Positions 14,989 to 26,908 of a DNA stretch of 64,000 bases are shown here, one piece after another. Position 1 is the stretch's first letter, and the number at the start of each line of letters is the position of its first letter. The DNA is taken from the NCBI GenBank assembly GCA_964016885.1, contig OZ024743.1:148800001-148864000 (forward strand), written 5' to 3'. This DNA comes from Eledone cirrhosa. Its lineage: Eukaryota. A program made the position numbers and the translations under genes. The notes beneath the pieces were generated by a model. It worked only from the letters and a program-made list of their open reading frames with translations. It did no database searches and was not told the origin of the DNA.

Positions 14989-17900
14989 CTAAGAAAAGTT
15001 TTGGGAAGAGTCTAAAAAGCAATATTCCTCTAGCCCCCTTTAACCTTCTTCTTCATCTTTTTCGTTGCCATTGCCTCTTCCTCCTCCTCATCTTCCTCCT
15101 CCACCTCCATTTTTCCTATTTTTCCCATTCTCCAGTTATTCTTTATTTCTTCTCTTTCTCCTTTTCCTGTATCCTACTCCACCAACTCTCACCCTCTCTC
15201 TCTCACTCAACCATTTTTTTTACCATCTTCTCAACTATTTCTTTCCTTCTCTCTAACACAATGCCAGCAATTACTTCCCCCCAAAATTTTTACCAAAAAC
15301 AATGCTTTTCAGGATTAAACAATAACACATTAGAAAGTCTGACAATCTTTCTATACCTGCTAATATCTTAAAATCAGATGAAACATTTTTCACAGTTTAT
15401 TTACTTCTCTTTTATCTGCTTCTTTGTTTTCTCTTAATTTCTGTTCTTATAGTTAATTCATGATTTTCTGGATATTTTTTTGTGCATATGTGGGATTTTC
15501 TTTTTGTAACTTTGTTTTATCGTAAATGTAAAAATTAAGGAAAATGCTTTACATATGAAAAAAAAACGGAAAAAATATTTTTTTTTAATTAAAAGAAATA
15601 TAAAAAAAATTTAAATTATGTGAAACTATTTTTAATTTCCTTTGCTTTTATTATTATTTTTTTAATTACTGATAAAAAATTATTTTCCCAAAATGTTTCT
15701 AATTTCTAATTGAAAAACAAATGAAGACAAAAAAAGAACTTATAACAAATGATTTCTTTTTTTACTTTTTAATTTTTGAGTAAATTATTACTACTATTAT
15801 TATCATTATTGACAGTGGATTAGTAGAATGGTTAGAGCATCGGACAAAATGCCTTGTGGCATTTGATCTAGCATTTTACTTTCAAAGTTCAAATGTTAAT
15901 GAGGTTAGCTTTGCCTTTCAACCTTATGGGGTTGCTAAAATAAAGCACCAGTAATGCACTTGGGTCAATAAAATCAACTCTTCCCTCACCCCAAAATTGT
16001 TGGTCTTGTGCCTAAAACAGAAGCCATTATTATAGGCAATGGATTGGCAGTATCGATAGAGCATTGGAAAACATGCTTTCTGGCATATAGTTACATGCTC
16101 TGAGTTCAAATCCTCTGAAGGTTAGCATTGGTTTTCATCCTTACAGGGGCGACATAATAAAGTACTGGTAAAACACTAGGGTTGATTTAGTTGAGTTTCC
16201 CCACAAACTTGTTTTCCTTATGATAAAATTAGAAACAATTATTATTATAGACAGCGGATTAGTAGAATTGTTTGAGCATCAGACAAAATGCCTTATGGCA
16301 TTTTGTCTAGCTTTCTACTATCAAAGTTCAAATGTCACTGAGGTTAATTTTGTTTTTCATCCTTTCAAGAGTGTCAATAAAATAAAACACCAGTAAAGAA
16401 CTATGAGTTGATGTACATTGCTAGCCTTGTGCCAAGTTAAAAAAAAAAAAAATATTATTACATTTAAGCTTGATAATTGTTTCTACTTTAGGCACAAGGC
16501 CAGCAATTACCCAGTACATTACTGGTACTTTATTTTATCGACCCCGTAAGGATGAAAGGCAAAGTTAACCTCGGCGGGATTTGAACTCAGACTGTAAAGG
16601 GACGTAACTATGCTGGAAAGCATGGCGTCCAACCCTCTACCGATACTGCCAATTCACCGCCCTTTTAAGCTTGATAATGATAATTAAAATGGCTGAAAGT
16701 ATACTTCAGAAGACTAAATGCTTTTATCTTTCTATTCCATGTTCAAATACCAGTGGGTTTGACTTTGCTGTTCTTCCCTATTGAATTTATGCAATATCAG
16801 CTATACAAGATATACTTATCTTGATCTAGAACAACTCATCTTTCATTATTATGGATTGGCAGTATCAGTAGAGGGCCAGACGCCATGCTTTCCAGCATAG
16901 TTACGTCCCTTTATGATCTGAGTTCAAATCCCGCCGAGGTTGACTTTGCCTTTCATCCTTACGGGGGCGATAAAATAAAGTACCAGTAATGCACTAGGTA
17001 ATTGCTGGCCTTGTGCCTAAAGTAGAAACAATTATTATAATTATTCTGATGTCAAAGGAAGAAATCGTTATTATTATCATTAGGGTAGTTGTTGTGTTTC
17101 TTTAATGCCAGGTTAACATAAATCATTGGACAGGCCTGTAATCCAAGGCCATCAGGCCTTGACCTAAACCATCCCATATTTTTATAGACAGAATATATCT
17201 AGAAAGCAGTAGGGTGAGATGTAAGTGGAATTTGGCTATTATTTCTAGAAGCTCAAACAACTAATTATAGTCAGTACCACTTTGTTCACCAAGGAGGCTA
17301 CCTCTATGTAGAAACTTGATCTGCTATAAATAGCATCCCATATATTGTATTTTATTGAAAAAGGGAACTTTGATTTAGATGCGCTAATCCTGAAAAACTA
17401 AAGAGAGGATAGTTTTGGCTGGAACACTTTTAATCATCGAACAATAACAACAATGGCTTTGGTTTTCATCTCTCTGAAATTAATAAAGTAATATTCCACT
17501 GCACAATCAAACAAACTTATTTTTCTCATGTACTTATGATGTCAAAAATATATTCTTAATTAATTCAACACCAGGATATTAGCAAGTTAGTGCTGCCATC
17601 AAAACTCTATTCAGGAATATTTATGCAATGATGTAATTATGTAAAACAATATTAGCTCAATGACTAATATTATTTTAATCATTTCAGCAAGTTTGTGATA
17701 TAAGTCCAGGCGTATTTGGGGCTTATTATAACGGACCGAGAAAGCATAGACTTCACCATAATTGATGAAACGTTTACGAGAACATTTCTAGATAGGTGTA
17801 CATATTTTATTGTGAAAAAGTACACCTAAAGAAATATTTTTATAAAAGTTCTAGGTTAGAACTAAAAACAATGGTTGTGAATCAACTAAATCTCAATAGC

Positions 17901-18044
17901 TGACAGCATTTAGTCTTCTTTCTTTTCAAACAAATACAAGTGATAATTTGTGTTTCCTCGTTTATCTCCATGTCAATGCTGAACCAGCAGATCCATGAGA
18001 TTACAAACTTTCCAGTCATGATCATCATATCGTTTTTCAACAAT

Positions 18045-18106
<62 letters not shown>

Positions 18107-18145
18107 AGAGTATTGAAGTTTGCTTGAAGCAGTGTGGAACAATAA

Positions 18146-19242
18146 GTAAATATCTTTAAGTCGTTTGGAAGCCTCGACAATGCAAATGGGTAAATCTCCG
18201 AGTAACAAGGTCCGGTGGTGGAGAGAGAGATGTAAGTGGGTGTACGTTGAGATGCGTGGTGTGTATAAGATGTGTAGAATGAAGGGAAGAGGATAAAATA
18301 AAAATAACAACACAAGAGAGAGTTACCTTGGGAGAGATTTAATAGTCCCTATATATCTCGGATTCACACCATCAACTGGGGTTTTTTCCGGGGTGGGGGA
18401 AAAGGTTGTCTGTCGGACAAGTGCGGAACGCGTCCTTCGCTGTTTGTTGTTTTGAATATCTGAGGTATTCGGCAGAGCGCGCGTGCGCGTGAAATGGGGT
18501 CGGTGGTACAGAGGTCAGCGGCCGAATGAGGGAGTGGGATGGCGCTAGCTGTCAGTCCATTCTCTGCCTGTTTGTTAAATGTTATTGTGTGTGTGTGTGC
18601 GTGTGTTGTTGTCTCGCTTGAGTGTGTGTGTGTGTGTGTTGTTGACTTGTTCCTCTGTATTGGTAGTGTAGTATGTTCGTATGGTGGAATAATATACTAC
18701 GCTGCCAATACAGAGGAACAAGGCAACAACACACGCACGCGCACACACACACACTCAAGCGAGACAACAACAACACACGCACACACACACACATTAACAT
18801 TTAACAAACAAGCAGAGAATGGACTGACAGCTAGCGCCATCCCACTCCCTCATTCGGCCGCTGACCTCTGTACGACCGACCACATTTCACGCGCGCGCGC
18901 GCTCTGCCGAATACCTCATATATTCAAAACAACAGACAACGAAGGACGCGTTTCGCACTTGTCCGACAGACAACCTTTTCCCCCACCCCGGAAAAAAACT
19001 CCAGTTGATGGTGTGAATCCGAAATATATAGGAACTATTAAATCTCTCCCAAGGTAACTCTCTCTCTTGTGTTGTTATTTTAATTTTATCCTTTATACTC
19101 TTCGCTTCATTCTACACATCTCACACATCTTATACACACTACGCATCTCAACGTACACCCACTTACATCTCTCTCTCCACCACCGGTCCTTGTTACCCGG
19201 AGATTTACCCATTTGCATTGTCGAGGCTTCCAAACGACTTAA

Positions 19243-19245
<3 letters not shown>
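18146..19245. mobile_element. About 1.1 kb near-perfect palindrome (inverted pseudo-LTR pair)
   Basis: 18146-18665 is the reverse complement of 18702-19245. Each arm has a variant HHR-like motif (18347-18381 minus, 18999-19033 plus) followed by aag|gtaact. Confidence 0.8.
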
Positions 19246-19326
<81 letters not shown>

Positions 19327-19599
19327 TATATATACATATATATATCACTAATACAATCAGTAATACTCTTTTATTCCTAATTAAACCATTTTTCAACTGT
19401 GAACAATTTGTCAGCATTTTCTATTCCGTTTACCAATATATATATATATATATATACACATATATACATGTCATCCTCATCATCATCATCATCGTTTAAC
19501 GTCTATCTTCCACACTAGCATGGATTAGACGGAAATTGTCCCACTTGAGGCAAGATTAATCAGGTGATTGTGTCTCACTTGTATAGGACTATGTGTCCT

Positions 19600-22290
19600 A
19601 AAGCGGATATTTAGATCGAGAAGACACCCACCACACAATGCACAGTTCGTAACATCAAGTTCCATAGGATTAGTGCACGACGGACAAAATATCTCCAAAG
19701 TTTCGGATCCACCATCAAAAGCATGGGAAAATGCCAGGATTTACTCGTGCCCTCGGACAAAACTGGTAACGTATACATGCTTGACCGTTTTACATATAAT
19801 GACTGCCTCGGGAAAGAGATTAGGAAAAACTATAGGACCACAGGACAGACAAAGTTAGATAGTTATAACGCCACGGCAAAAAGTATACTGACGGGGCTAG
19901 GACTAGAGGATAGGACCGAGGTATATGTACCTAGAAAATCACGGATATCTATTAAGGACCATAAATTAGACTTTAAAACTAAACTACTGGTTAGGTTAAT
20001 AGCTCCCTCCAAATCCGACTTAGGAAGGACCAGTAAGAATATTATAGACAGGATAATATCGGTACTTAGAAACAAAACTAAGCTTAGCCTATGAACCTAC
20101 ACTGAGGAGGTAATTGACTGGTTCTCGGCAATAGATGACAAACACCAAGTAAATTTTACTCAGTTAGACATAGATAGCTATTACGCGTCGGTATCTCCGA
20201 TACTAGTCAATAAGGCCCTCATAAGCGCCATGGCCAGATCTAGCCTCACCAGGGACGAGACCAACCTCATAGTAGCAGCCAGAAAGACGCTAATTAGTTT
20301 CAAAGACAAGTTATAGGAGAGGAGGGACAGACCAGACAGTTTCGATATCACCATGGGGTCAAGTGACTCGGCGCATGTGACCGACCTGGTGGAGATATAT
20401 CTCATCCATAGGCTGACGGAGGAGATCCCGGGGATCGGAGGTGGAATATACAAAGACGACGCACTCTTCACCTTCCGTTCCCTTAACCCCAGTCAGATGG
20501 AGCGCATGAGGAAGCGCATATTGCATTTTTTTAAACAACATGGCTTATCCGTGACAATTGACACTAGCACTAAGACGGTCAATTTCCTGGACGTTACCTT
20601 GGAAATGAATACGGGCATCCACAGACCGTACCATAAGCCCAACAAAAACTTGCAATATGTGAACAGGCAATCGAATCACCCTAAGTCAGTCATAGAAGCT
20701 ATAGTTAAAGGGGTATCAAAACGCGTATCCACCCTGTCGTCGAACGCAGAATTATTTAAACAGCACGCCAAATATTAAAATGAGGCACTGCGCAGGGCAG
20801 GTTACAAAGACATCATAATATATACCCCGGATAGAGTAGAGACTAATGATATGGCGTGCAGAAATGCCAATAGTGAGGGCGCCTCCTTAGGTAGAAGAAT
20901 TGACCCGGTAGCAGTAGCCAGGAACACAAATAACAACACTACTAACATTAATGACACAGGACCGACCCGAGATAGAATTAAAGCACCCATGGGAGCCAGA
21001 CCACCCGGTATACAGAGGCATGGGCTTGGCACGCACACTGCATACTCCGCGGCAACTAAGACCTTGGACAGGACTTCGACAAATATGAACGGGGCACACG
21101 CCACGGAGCACGACCAGCCTGGTTCTAGTGCCACAGCACCGACAATAGCATCACATAGACATAAGGGGAATAGACGTATAGATGACCACATAGAACGACG
21201 TAACTCTATAACTGTAGAACATAACCACGACGAACGTAGCGGGCAAATAGACAGGGACAACACACGGGACGAAATTGTTGTTGGGCCGAGCACTGGACGG
21301 ACATGGTGCCCTGGACACACCAACAAGAATCCACGCACACGAAGGAACAGATCTAAGGCCGTTACCTGGTTCAATGCTCCTTACTCCAAACATGTACGCA
21401 CCAACGTGCCAGGACTTTTCTTACGAGCGCTGGATGAGTGCTTTCCAACGACAAACAAGTACCACAAAATCTTCAACAGCCACACGGTGAAATTTTCCTT
21501 CTCCACGACGCCGAATATGGCCGACTACATGGCTAGAACTAACGCGGTGAAGATGGCACACACTGGTCGTCAACCGCCGCGACAGAGTGACCATGTTTCG
21601 GAGCGCGTAGAACCACCCAGGGACCTGCCTTCAAATGACAACCCGGCCCCCGAGGCGATCAGAGCGCCCGCCGAGGGCGATATAGTCCAACACCGAGAGG
21701 GAAATAGTGGCATGGGGGTGGGATGTGTCGGCGGTGCAACACCCTGAGAACCTTGAGAGGGCCATAACAGATCGGGGCCCGGACATCGGACGCACAAGAA
21801 CTGACAGCAGAATGTGCAACTGTAGAGCGGGAACCCAGTGCCCCTACAGGGAAAAGGCTTAATGAAAGACTTAATATACAAATGTGTGGTTAAAACCCAA
21901 AATGCACATCGAACCTACATCGGTGCAACATCCATGACCTTCAAATTGCGGATGTATAATCACACAAAGTCCTTCAGCGACCGTAGCAAAAGGCTCTTCA
22001 CTAGGTTAGCGGACCTCGTGTGGGACATGAAAGACCACGGCACTCCATACGCCCTGGAATGGAGTTACGTTCGCCACGCGAGGGCATATTCGGCCGGAAG
22101 TAGAAAGTGCCGATTGTGCCTACACGAGGCCATGGAGATAGTCAGACTGAAGGATGACGCCGTCAACCTGAAGTCTGAAGTTATCATGACATGCAGACAC
22201 CAGAGAAGATGCACATTTGCAGCATGGAATCCGCCGGGTGACGCAGGCAGGTGGCATGGGAATGAGTACGTACAGACCCGATTGGCATAG
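19600..22290 (+). pseudogene. Penelope-like retroelement ORF (RT plus GIY-YIG endonuclease), Naiad-like, disrupted
   Basis: VPSDKTGNVY, ISIKDHK, RLIAPSKSDLGR, QLDIDSYYASV, FDITMGS, GIYKDDAL, VNFLDVT, PYHKPN..YVNRQSNHP, WFNAPYS, KIFN, CNCR..CPL, IYKC..YIGAT..FKLR..H, CRLCLHE..LKSE..CRH. Stops at 20092, 20314, 20776 and 21745; frameshift near 21841. Confidence 0.92.
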
Positions 22291-23092
22291 CGGGATTAGG
22301 GGACCTGATGCCATGCCATGATGACGGTGTCCGACCCGTGGGGCAATCATATGTAAACCAGGTGCGCACCTGACCGGGCACACAACATTGGAAGATACAC
22401 CGCATGGGCCGAGACAGGCTGACACGGGGCCCACTGCCGCCCGGTCCTGTGCACTAAACGTATAGAACAGCACACCCCAGCCATGGTGCCATGCCCCATG
22501 GCGACCGTGACGGGCGTCAGATTGAATGTGTACCCCGTCATTCGTGACTATATACTCTCCATCTGTTCCACTTTGGAACAGTGATTATTAATATCATTAT
22601 TCTTCTATCATTGTTCTGTTACTGTTACCTGTTCTATACACGGACACAAGTTTGCATCTCATAATACCTGTGTGTAGTATATCGCGTGGACGCACGCCCC
22701 TCTCCTGTACCCCCCCCGTTTTTTTTCTTTTTTACCCGCTCCTTTATTTTACCCCTTCTTTTCTTGTACCTATTTATGCAGTTACATACAGATTTTAATG
22801 TACCCTAAAATATTGTAAATTTATTTTATTATCATATTGTGTTTATATTCGCGTTTTTTTTATGTGTGGACCTGTGTGTGGGTATATGTACATGTGTGTG
22901 TGTAGGTGCGTATGTATGTATATATATATATACGTAGGTGGGTACTGGGGTGTGTGTATGGGCATGGGTGCGTATGTGCATGAGCTTATACGCGCCTGTA
23001 TGTGCCGACATGTGCATGTATATACATATGGGGAGGAATCTGGGTGTATGTGTGTGTGTGTATATGTGTGTCTATATATGAGTATATATATA

Positions 23093-23139
<47 letters not shown>

Positions 23140-23477
23140 TATATATATATATATATGTCTATCTATGTATGTGTGTATGTGTATATATATGGATATGTGT
23201 GTGTGTGTGCAGGTGCATGCATATGCGGGCCTCTATATGTGTGTATGTGTATTTGTGCATACAAGTATTTGTTTATCTGCATCTCATAGGAATGTGTGCG
23301 GATGATTATATATGGACTACATATGCTTTTTATTATTACTATTATTCTTGTTGTATTACTTTATCACATATCCTTTATATATATCCGTATATATATGTAT
23401 GAGTCTGTGTACGAGTATGTGTATGTGTGTGTATATATATATATATATAAATATATATATAAATACATATTAGGGGG

Positions 23478-23525
<48 letters not shown>

Positions 23526-24849
23526 TATTGTATATTATATTACATTGTATATTTTTTTATGTTACGGTAATTTACCGTTATTTGATGGTATATTGTTTTT
23601 ATTGCATAACGTATTTTTAACTGTTAAATTACAGTTGTGTTTATATATGTATACGTGGAAGTACATGTGGGTGTAGGCGGATATGCATGCGTGCAGGTGT
23701 ATGCATGTGGCAACACGTATGCGTAGGCATGTGTAAATGTATGTATATCGGCATATGCGTAGGTATTTGTATGTATATATGTGGATGTGCGTATGCATGT
23801 TAAGTTGTTTCCTTTCTTTTTTGCGTGTATATAAGTGTGTGTGTGTGTGTATTTACGTGTGTAGGTAATGTTTATGTACGTATGTGTATTTATATGTATG
23901 TGTAGACATGTGTGAGTATACATATATGTGTGTGTGTGTGTGTGTATGTATATGTGTGCATATATGTATGTGTATACACATGTGTGTATACATGTATGTA
24001 TGTGTATCTATGTATGTATGTATATATGTGTGTGTATGAGTGTGTGTATATATAGATATATATATGTAGATGTATAGAAGGTTGGACGTATGTATATATA
24101 CGCGCGTATGTATTAGATATGTATATGTTTGTGTCTGATATGCTTACTCCAAATGATACAGGGCGCGAAGTAGGCAGCCATCAGAAGGCTTGTGGCGATA
24201 TGTATCAACAAGTGGGGGTGAATGGGCCCGTGGAGGTGAGGGAGAAAGGGTGTGTGTATATATACTTCGATGTATGTATGTGGGGGGGGGGTGTCTGCGC
24301 ATGTAGGCGTACGTGTGTGTATGCATAGATATGTATGTGTTTACATGTGTGTGTGTTTATGTGTGTATTTTAGTATGTGTGTGTGCTTACCCTGAAGTGT
24401 GAGCAGACGTGTGAAGTACTGAACCCAGCATGACTCCATTGAAATGTGTCGGACGGAAAATGGTTGATGAACCGTGTGGCAGCAGATACTGACCAGAACT
24501 TGTGATGACGTGTAGTAAAAACAGCCAATGGCATGACAAGAGTGGAAATAGGTTTTTTTTAGGGTGTTTTTTGATGATAACACCCCAGTGATAAAATTTG
24601 CTCCGGACGAAACACCCATGTCTGAAAGAACCCGCAGAAGTAGAATCAGCCAGATCCATACAAGGACCATGACTCGAGCTTCATGCCGGCGAAACATTTG
24701 TAACACGAAATAAACTAAGTCCAGATGCATCACTGATTTTTTGTTTACTTTATAATATCTACACTATACTCTGATGAATATCGAGTGCTAATTTTGGCAT
24801 ACCGCCTATGGAAGCACCATAGCTACCATTATACACAACTATATATATA

Positions 24850-26678
24850 TTTTTTTTAATTAATTGAGTTCTTTACACGAGGAATTGATATTAGTTTTGA
24901 AATAACTAATTAACCCGCGTGTGTTTTATATTTTACTCTTAATTCGGCCGGAGATTTACATTTCCATTTGCCCTTTAAAGCATAACTTTCCGTATTTACT
25001 ACGGTTACGAGATGCGGTTTATTATTCAGGTACAACTTCTGATTTTAGCTTAAGAAAATATCTATATGCGTGTGTAATTTATACACGCATATATTTATTT
25101 TTTTAATTTCAATTGAGTTCTTAACACGTTGGATTGATAATGTTTTCGAAAAAACTGATTAACCCGCGTGTATATTATTTTTTCCTCCTTTCGTGGATCG
25201 TAGTTGTCTCCCCTTCCCGCTTAGTGACGCTATAATACTTCCTCAGTCAAAAACTGCTGGAATTTCAAATTTGCCGGTCATTCGATGCGGGAAGGAGCAA
25301 CTTAACAGACACGATTTTTAACTGTGGTAAGAAATGGTTTTCTTATATCAGAGTTTAATGGGCTTCCACTGATGATTTATAAGCGCCCACCTAAATATAT
25401 TCTTACATGAATGTATATTAGGCTTCTACATAAACTGGAAATATTCTCCGAATTTGTAGAAAACTTATAATGAAACAATTGTTTGGAAAGAGAGATATAT
25501 TTTAACTTTAATTATATCTCATAAAATAATACAACTGGCTTTTCCACATAATACATATTGTTAGCACACCAAACACTTAAATTGGGTTTATATTAAAATA
25601 TAACCTAATGTTTGTTGAGTGAGATGGTTACCCGTCAGAGATTAGCTTTAAACTATCTCTGTTATTGTATTAATATTTTACTCTTGATTGGCCAGAGGTG
25701 TTTATTTCCAGGTACCTTATAAATTTGACTTTCCGTATTTATTACTGTTGTGCGATATTGTGGTTTTTATTGGTTGTAACTTCTCTGTTTTTTAGCCTAA
25801 GAAAATATATATATGCCTATGTATATAATTACATGCATACATTTATTTTTTTAAATTAATTGAGTTCTTTACACGAGGAATTGATATTAGTTTTGAAATA
25901 ACTAATTAACCCGCGTGTGTTTTATATTTTACTCTTAATTCGGCCGGAGATTTACATTCCCATTTGCCCTTTAAAGCATAACTTTCCGTATTTACTACGG
26001 TTACGAGATGCGGTTTATTATTCAGGTACAACCTTTGATTTTAGCCTAAGAAAATATCTATATGCGTGTGTAATTTATACACGCATATATTTATTTTTTT
26101 AATTTCAATTGAGTTCTTAACACGTTGGATTGATAATGTTTTCGAAAAAACTGATTAACCCACGTGTATATTATTTTTTTTACCTCCTTTCGTGGATCGT
26201 AGTTGTCTCCCCTTCCCGCTTAGTGACGCTATAATACATCCTCAGTCAAAAACTGCTGGAATTTCAAATTTGCCGGTCATTCGATGCGGGAAGGAGCAAC
26301 TTAACAGACACGATTTTTAACTGTGGTAAGAAATGGTTTTCTTATATCAGAGTTTAATGGGCTTCCACTGATGATTTATAAGCGCCCACCTAAATATATT
26401 CTTACATGAATGTATATTAGGCTTCTACATAAACTGGAAATATTCTCCGAATTTGTAGAAAACTTATAATGAATCAATTGTTTGGAAAGAGAGATATATT
26501 TTAACTTTAATTATATCTCATAAAATAATACAACTGGCTTTTCCACATAATACATATTGTTAGCACCCCAAACACTTAAATTGGGTTTATATTAAAATAT
26601 AACCTAATGTTTGTTGAGTGAGATGGTTACCAGTCAGAGATTAGCTTTAAACTCTCCCTGTTATTGTATTAATATTTA
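24850..26678 (+). repeat. Tandem repeat, period 999 bp, one HHR per unit
   Basis: About 24858-25680 repeats at about 25856-26678; degenerate internal sub-repeats of about 250 bp. Confidence 0.9.
25364..25488 (+). ncRNA. Hammerhead ribozyme with long branched stem II (second copy 26363-26487 has GAAA>GAAT)
   Basis: ttcca-CTGATGA-t ttataag...cttataa t-GAAA-caattg-TT|tggaa. Confidence 0.8.
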
Positions 26679-26725
26679 TATATATATATAATAAATGTAA
26701 TCTGAGTTTTTCGAATAATAATAAT

Positions 26726-26908
26726 AACATTCGATTCGTTTGCAATTATGCAAACAAACCACAATATTATGGCCATGTCAGTAGAATGAACACTTCATTC
26801 TTGTTCCTTTGTTGGCATGCAAACACCAGAGCAAGAATGAAGTGTTCATTCTACTGACGTGGCTATAAAATTGAGGCTTGTTTGCATAATTGCAAACGAA
26901 TCAAATGT
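26726..26908. mobile_element. MITE-like hairpin, about 180 bp
   Basis: Arms acattcgattcgtttgcaattatgcaaacaa... and ...ttgtttgcataattgcaaacgaatcaaatgt, about 80 bp each. Confidence 0.65.

Noticed and set aside
19600-22290. Selenocysteine recoding as described for some Naiad PLEs
   Set aside because: In-frame stops are mixed TGA/TAG/TAA at Trp, Tyr or linker positions, and none of the conserved Cys positions I could identify reads TGA; ordinary decay.
24771-24840. CTGATGA at the apparent 3' end of the first PLE
   Set aside because: No GAAA/stem III partner before the adjacent tandem repeat; at best a truncated motif.
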